A program made the position numbers and the translations under genes. A model generated the notes under the pieces. That model was not told where the DNA came from. It worked only from the letters and a program-made list of their open reading frames with translations, and made no database searches. Below are positions 59,176 to 64,000 of a stretch of DNA of 64,000 bases, in pieces. Where the stretch lies: the sequence record LR756502.1; one strand, written 5' to 3'. The stretch's first letter is position 1. Each line of letters starts with the position of its first letter.

Positions 59176-59545
59176 GTTCAAGTGCCTTCTCGAAGGCTTT
59201 ATTATAACTTAATAGTCCCTTTTCTCTTAAAGAATTTACCATTATTATTTCATCCTGGTTCTTCTTATTTTTAAAATTTATTTTAACAAACCAATTCTCG
59301 CCTTCGTCAATAAATTGATGGATATGTATTTTGTGATTCTTGGAAAACCAATCTACTACTTGCTGATATAATGGAAGTCCAACGATTTCAGTCTCTCTTG
59401 AGTTTATTATAGGACTTCTCTGTTCAGAATAGCAAAATCTAGTGTCACAATCTTCTATATGCCACCAGGCCCAACAAGGCTCATCAAATCCTTTTCCCTT
59501 TAGAATAATTCCCAATTCATATGGTACAAATAAACTCTCGCTCAT
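59168..59545 (-). CDS. Hypothetical phage protein
   Basis: FVPYELGIILKGKGFDEPC...PLYQQVVDWF pattern. Confidence 0.7.
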   Translation of the reverse strand: MSESLFVPYELGIILKGKGFDEPCWAWWHIEDCDTRFCYSEQRSPIINSRETEIVGLPLYQQVVDWFSKNHKIHIHQFIDEGENWFVKINFKNKKNQDEIIMVNSLREKGLLSYNKAFEKALELI

Positions 59546-60054
59546 TATAGTTTAATTATTGATGCATCTATTGTATCTGATAGTGTGTTGTATATCTTGC
59601 AATCTTGCCCATCGTCATTTTGAATCTTCTCCCACATTATATCAACATATCCAATTCGATATGCATCGTCTGGTCTACCGTAGATAACCTTAGACTTATG
59701 TTTGCCTATCCAGTAACCAAGTTCCCAATTTGTTGTTAACCCAATTAACTCTCTGGTTCTTGGTAACCAAAACATAACACAGTCAGCTCTTTTAAGTCCA
59801 TTAAATTCCCATAATGGTATCCATTTTTTATCTTTATCTGATTCTGTCTTGCTTGTGAATTCAGGAACTACAAGAGATCCATTGAATCCTTTTTGTTTAA
59901 ACATCTCAATAGCCTCAAATCGCCAAGATGTTAGGTGTGGTTGATTGCCACGAACGGTAGGACCTGCTAAAAATATTACTGGACCAGTTACTCCATTAAC
60001 TGATTCTGGTGAGTCTTCATATCTAAAGACTTTAAGGTTGTTATATACTTCCAT
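59545..60054 (-). CDS. Nucleoside 2-deoxyribosyltransferase-like protein
   Basis: IFLAGPT, WRFEA, WEFNGLKRADCVMFW, TNWELG. Confidence 0.8.
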   Translation of the reverse strand: MEVYNNLKVFRYEDSPESVNGVTGPVIFLAGPTVRGNQPHLTSWRFEAIEMFKQKGFNGSLVVPEFTSKTESDKDKKWIPLWEFNGLKRADCVMFWLPRTRELIGLTTNWELGYWIGKHKSKVIYGRPDDAYRIGYVDIMWEKIQNDDGQDCKIYNTLSDTIDASIIKL

Positions 60055-60071
60055 TTTATTAATTTTTTTTA

Positions 60072-60305
60072 TTATATAGTGAATAAGTAGTTGTTAATAT
60101 CGTCACCGATAGCCTCGTTAACCTTGTTATAGTCAACTTTATCAATGACAGTAAAGTGTTGGTAAACAGCGATTATATCATCACCATTTGACTTATTTTG
60201 AATGAAGTTAGAGATAGAGTCACAAAACTTAGTAAAGTCTGTAAGACCATCATACTTACTCAAAACTGACCATAATATAGATTGTTTCGTTTTTATCATA
60301 TACAA
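60072..60305 (-). CDS. Hypothetical protein
   Basis: ORF track. Confidence 0.55.
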   Translation of the reverse strand: MYMIKTKQSILWSVLSKYDGLTDFTKFCDSISNFIQNKSNGDDIIAVYQHFTVIDKVDYNKVNEAIGDDINNYLFTI

Positions 60306-60325
60306 ATATAAGGAAAATATCTGTA

Positions 60326-60937
60326 TTATACTAAAATTTTATCTAATTTAATTTGCCTATCATCTGCAATTATCTCACTCAATATATCGGATCCAAAGTA
60401 ATCAATAAGTATTTTTTTGTGTTTTAATATACTATTTTCTTCTATATGCTTATCTAGGTCTGGTTGATTAGATTTAATATACTCCAACCATTCTTCTTTA
60501 GAATTAATGTCAGCTACTGGTGGTGTCCAATGGTTTTTATCAACAAATGATTTATTCCAACTTGGATATCCAGAGTGGTGAAATCCATTAGTTTCAGTTT
60601 CCATGACAATATTTAGGTGAGTATTGCTTCTAATATTCAATACTTCTTTATTTTCATATATCATCTTATACAAAGTTCTACCAACACCAACTATATATAT
60701 CTCACCATTTATATAAATATTAAAGAAGTATCTAGTGACACAACTTAGTTTTGGGTGTTTTACGTTAATTTCACTGTTTAATATTCTCCTCAAATATTTT
60801 TTATTAGTATCATCATATATTCTATAATTACCACAGAAAGTAAAATCGTATTCCTTGCACCAGGTAATATTATTATTGTTATCAACAAATGGTAGTATCT
60901 TTATGATGTCTCCATTTTCTAATTTGTGTATTTTCAT
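60326..60937 (-). CDS. Hypothetical protein, possibly gp32-like ssDNA-binding fold; C-terminal RQIKLDKIL tag
   Basis: IKILPF...YFFNIYI...VGRTLYKMI...YPSWNKS loosely follows gp32-like motif order. Confidence 0.45.
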   Translation of the reverse strand: MKIHKLENGDIIKILPFVDNNNNITWCKEYDFTFCGNYRIYDDTNKKYLRRILNSEINVKHPKLSCVTRYFFNIYINGEIYIVGVGRTLYKMIYENKEVLNIRSNTHLNIVMETETNGFHHSGYPSWNKSFVDKNHWTPPVADINSKEEWLEYIKSNQPDLDKHIEENSILKHKKILIDYFGSDILSEIIADDRQIKLDKILV

Positions 60938-61842
60938 TAAAGTCCTAATTGATCTAACTTTTCATTTCTTTTAATATCGACCGTTTTAATCTCTATCTCA
61001 TTATTTGGATATGAAACTCCCTCTGATGATTCTATGGTTCTTGGTCCAGTCCTACTGACAGTACCTATTACTATACTGCCATACTTTGAGTTATAAACAA
61101 ATCTATCACCGACACTAGCAGTTGTTCCGCATTTGCATGGAATTGGAGATGGTGGTTTTAGTCTTTTATAAACCCACTTACCATCGATTATACCATTCGG
61201 TCCATTTTCAAATACTCTCAGTTTGCTTTTTAATTCAACTAATTTATCCTTGATTATCATTTCGCCTTTTGTTGTTATACTTGATGCGACAAGTAGGTAA
61301 TCAGCGATTCCTTTATAATTATCAATATTATTAGCAGATACGCCAGATGCAATCGCCATTGGATGGATGCCTAGATATTCTCGAATTAGTTTTATCTTTT
61401 CAACATCAGCCGCCTTTCCTGTACCAACTCCACTAGTTGTTGCTACATCTGTAGCTATTGATGCCTCTTCACAAGAAAACTTTAAATCTTTTGGTTGTGG
61501 TTGATATTTGAATGCTAATCCGCCAAAGAACATTCCTTTGAAGAATCTAACTTCTTTAGCTCTCTCAGGAGTTATTGTAGCATCACACCAAAGACCATCA
61601 AGTCCATTTATAGACTCTGTTGATAGTGCATGTTCAGTTGACTCACCAAGCATATTAACACCAACCCAAAGAGTTGGGAATTCAGATTTAACTCTAAATG
61701 CACAGTTTAGTAAATCAAACTTAGATACAGCGTGATTTATTAGAAATACCTTTTCAATTCCACACTCAATACAAGTTTTAACATTAGTTATAACTTGATT
61801 CTCATTAATCATGTGAATTACTGGAATAATTTCTGTCTTCAT
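60937..61842 (-). CDS. BtpA/SgcQ-family TIM-barrel protein with appended SH3-like domain and RNEKLDQLGL tag
   Basis: PVIHM, VGVNML, VATTSGVGTG, IASGVS, LLVASS. Confidence 0.7.
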   Translation of the reverse strand: MKTEIIPVIHMINENQVITNVKTCIECGIEKVFLINHAVSKFDLLNCAFRVKSEFPTLWVGVNMLGESTEHALSTESINGLDGLWCDATITPERAKEVRFFKGMFFGGLAFKYQPQPKDLKFSCEEASIATDVATTSGVGTGKAADVEKIKLIREYLGIHPMAIASGVSANNIDNYKGIADYLLVASSITTKGEMIIKDKLVELKSKLRVFENGPNGIIDGKWVYKRLKPPSPIPCKCGTTASVGDRFVYNSKYGSIVIGTVSRTGPRTIESSEGVSYPNNEIEIKTVDIKRNEKLDQLGL

Positions 61843-61970
61843 TATTTAGATTTTTTCTTATTTCTATCTTGCCAAATTACTAGTAATCCACTACCCACTA
61901 TTACAATGGGTACGAATATTGCGATTTTTAATTCAATTAAACTCATTTTTATTTATTTTTTAGTATATTT

Positions 61971-62423
61971 TTAATAGCAATCCTTACCAAAGCAATCATT
62001 ATCAATTGCTAATTGCTTTGTTCTGTATCTCCAAACTTCCTCAACTGTATCACCACAGATTGTTACCTTGTAGGTAACTATGAATGTTTTAGTTGATGAT
62101 TCACTTTTGTAATACTTGAAACCACCATCTATTCTTACTCCACCACCAACAAAAACTGAATCCACAGAAGACCACCTTACTTTACTCATAAATCCAAGTG
62201 GTATAGTATCTTTAATTTTGTACTTACCAGTTGAATCTCTAATTATATTTGTACAAATAAGTGAGTGTATTAGGTCAAACTCCTTTGTGTGATAGTCTGA
62301 AGTCCCATTTTCATAAGATGTTATTCCATCCACTACTTGTATGTGTGTGAAATCAATATTACTCGAATTATGACATGATGTGATAGATATAACAATAGCA
62401 ATAAATAATAATACTTTTTTCAT
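61971..62423 (-). CDS. Putative lipoprotein
   Basis: MKKVLLFIAIVISITSC lipobox. Confidence 0.75.
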   Translation of the reverse strand: MKKVLLFIAIVISITSCHNSSNIDFTHIQVVDGITSYENGTSDYHTKEFDLIHSLICTNIIRDSTGKYKIKDTIPLGFMSKVRWSSVDSVFVGGGVRIDGGFKYYKSESSTKTFIVTYKVTICGDTVEEVWRYRTKQLAIDNDCFGKDCY

Positions 62424-62469
62424 TAGTTATGTTTTAGGTTTTTATTTAAACAAAGGTATAAATATTTTA

Positions 62470-62823
62470 TCAATTATCCAAATTATTTATTATAGAGTCT
62501 ATTATATCACTTCGTCTCTTTTTTATTTTGTTTGGTAGAAATATCTCAATTCCAAGGTGTCCGTTGCTCCTGTTTGGGTACTCCCTCGTATGATCCATTC
62601 TCTGAAACTTAACCTTAACACATATAGTTACGGCATTTTCAATACTACATGGTCTTTTATCACGACCAATATAATTTAATATTATGTCAATAATTTCCAC
62701 ATCAAGTCCCTTATTATGCTTTGGTGAGGATATAACTCTCATTATATCCTCAACTATTAGAGACTTATACCTCTCAGGTATAGATGTATTACCAGTATTT
62801 AATATTTCTATTTTTATAGACAT
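62470..62823 (-). CDS. Hypothetical protein, C-terminal RSDIIDSII tag variant
   Basis: ORF track. Confidence 0.6.
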   Translation of the reverse strand: MSIKIEILNTGNTSIPERYKSLIVEDIMRVISSPKHNKGLDVEIIDIILNYIGRDKRPCSIENAVTICVKVKFQRMDHTREYPNRSNGHLGIEIFLPNKIKKRRSDIIDSIINNLDN

Positions 62824-62874
62824 TCACCGAATATAGTTAATTTATTTCAAATCACAAAATAATATATATAACTA

Positions 62875-63615
62875 ATGAAATATATCAAGAAATATAAAAT
62901 TTTTGAACTTGCTGGGGACTCTTCAGTAGCAGGTAATCCTTTATATAAAAATAGAATTGATGAATCAAAGTCAGATGTATCGGATGAGAATATAATAGAA
63001 GATGTAGTATTCATTATGCAGGATATTATTGATGATTATAGAAATATAAAATTTACTTCTATCAATAGTGACCCTATTAGTGTTGATGATATTTATAATA
63101 AATCAAGCAATCTTAATAATTATAAAACAACCATTAGGACCGGTGGTGTTCTTAGAAGTAAGTTTGGTGTGGACTTCGGATTTATTGAAGGCGGGTATGA
63201 GAAATATGTAAGCATTCTTAGTGATATGATATCAGTTATTAGAAGATTAAAAGATATTGGGTGGGACATTGATAGACTTGATGATGTGTTTAGGGCGGAT
63301 GGATTTCAAATCTACTACCAGTTTACAAAGCCAGATGTTATTGTTAATGAATATAAATTTGATAAAAATGAGAAGGAAAAGCTTGAACAAGCATTTGAGG
63401 ATAGATCTTTGAGTATTGAAGAAATTGACGAGGAAGAGGGTGATTATGAGAATTGGTTGAAGATTAGATTCTCTACTCACGCATACTCTGGTGAGTTGTC
63501 TAGTTATGATGTTATGAATCGTAAATTTGAGTGGATATGTGATGTTATGGGATTTGAGTCATATGCATATGATAATGAATATTATGTTGACTTCTCATTT
63601 ATAAAATCATCTTAG
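62875..63615 (+). CDS. Tagged protein
   Basis: MKYIKKYKIFE; TAATATATA at 62860. Confidence 0.7.
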   Translation: MKYIKKYKIFELAGDSSVAGNPLYKNRIDESKSDVSDENIIEDVVFIMQDIIDDYRNIKFTSINSDPISVDDIYNKSSNLNNYKTTIRTGGVLRSKFGVDFGFIEGGYEKYVSILSDMISVIRRLKDIGWDIDRLDDVFRADGFQIYYQFTKPDVIVNEYKFDKNEKEKLEQAFEDRSLSIEEIDEEEGDYENWLKIRFSTHAYSGELSSYDVMNRKFEWICDVMGFESYAYDNEYYVDFSFIKSS

Positions 63616-63984
63616 TATCTCGTCAATTGCAGAGGCCCTACCCATTTGCTTAGATTCTTTTATCATTGAGTATAGAGTATCACCATCCCAATAAAATAGG
63701 TGGTTAACATTGGCGGATACTCCTATAGGTACATTAACCACAAACCCAACATCTATAATACCAAAATCATTTACTCTTCTTAATAATTTTGCATCTTCTT
63801 TTAATCTTCTGTATACCTGGTCTTTAATATCCTCTAGTACATTATCTGAAATGTTGTATGGATATGTGTTGCTTGAAACCACGTATGAAGTCGCAAGTTT
63901 TATTTGTGGAGATTTATCCTTATCATACCCATGTAACACCTTATAAAACAGGGTTTGTAACTTATTAAATAATCTTATCATCAA
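63607..63984 (-). CDS. Hypothetical protein, C-terminal RASAIDEIL tag variant
   Basis: ORF track. Confidence 0.6.
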   Translation of the reverse strand: MMIRLFNKLQTLFYKVLHGYDKDKSPQIKLATSYVVSSNTYPYNISDNVLEDIKDQVYRRLKEDAKLLRRVNDFGIIDVGFVVNVPIGVSANVNHLFYWDGDTLYSMIKESKQMGRASAIDEILR

Positions 63985-64000
63985 TTGGAATTTTAGTCTT

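Noticed and set aside
1-64000. Genome-wide TAG recoding (code 15), suggested by the CUA tRNA
   Set aside because: EF-G, the fibre, CCA, VWA and other long genes are uninterrupted under code 11, and recognisable proteins such as YkuK end naturally at TAG.
1-64000. Diversity-generating retroelement, retron or group II intron
   Set aside because: No reverse transcriptase motif and no repeat pair differing only at adenines was seen.

Overview
AT-rich, gene-dense 64 kb segment of a large lytic tailed phage (jumbo/T4-like habit, inferred). It uses genetic code 11. The host is most likely Bacteroidota, based on about 18 TAnnTTTG sigma-A promoters and a T9SS C-terminal domain gene. No capsid, terminase, polymerase, integrase, reverse transcriptase, rRNA or CRISPR array is in the window. 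Recognisable genes: a giant collagen/beta-helix tail fibre (missing from the ORF track because it runs off the left edge), a glycosyltransferase, Skp/OmpH, a PD-(D/E)XK exonuclease, two DNA methyltransferases, BFN and YkuK nucleases, a MoxR AAA+ ATPase with a distant VWA partner, EF-G, CoaE, a 2H phosphoesterase, a CCA-adding enzyme, BtpA, homing endonucleases and three tRNAs. Main observations beyond the ORF track: (1) a ~212-nt minimal RNase P RNA at 56635-56846, which with the CCA enzyme and CCA-less tRNAs could form a phage-encoded tRNA maturation pathway; (2) an integrase-less integron-like attC cassette array at 21303-22448, plus a solitary cassette at 29898; (3) two mutually exclusive protein tags, an N-terminal MK(H/Y)(L/I)Kx(F/Y)(N)E peptide resembling the T4 capsid-targeting sequence on ~20 genes mostly behind a TAATATATA motif, and an RxxK(I/L)xx(I/L) helix at or near the C-terminus of ~27 unrelated, nearly all minus-strand proteins; (4) an atypical CUA-anticodon tRNA; (5) a leader peptide/attenuator upstream of fusA. 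All calls come from manual reading and remembered family motifs; no database searches were run and novelty is unverified.
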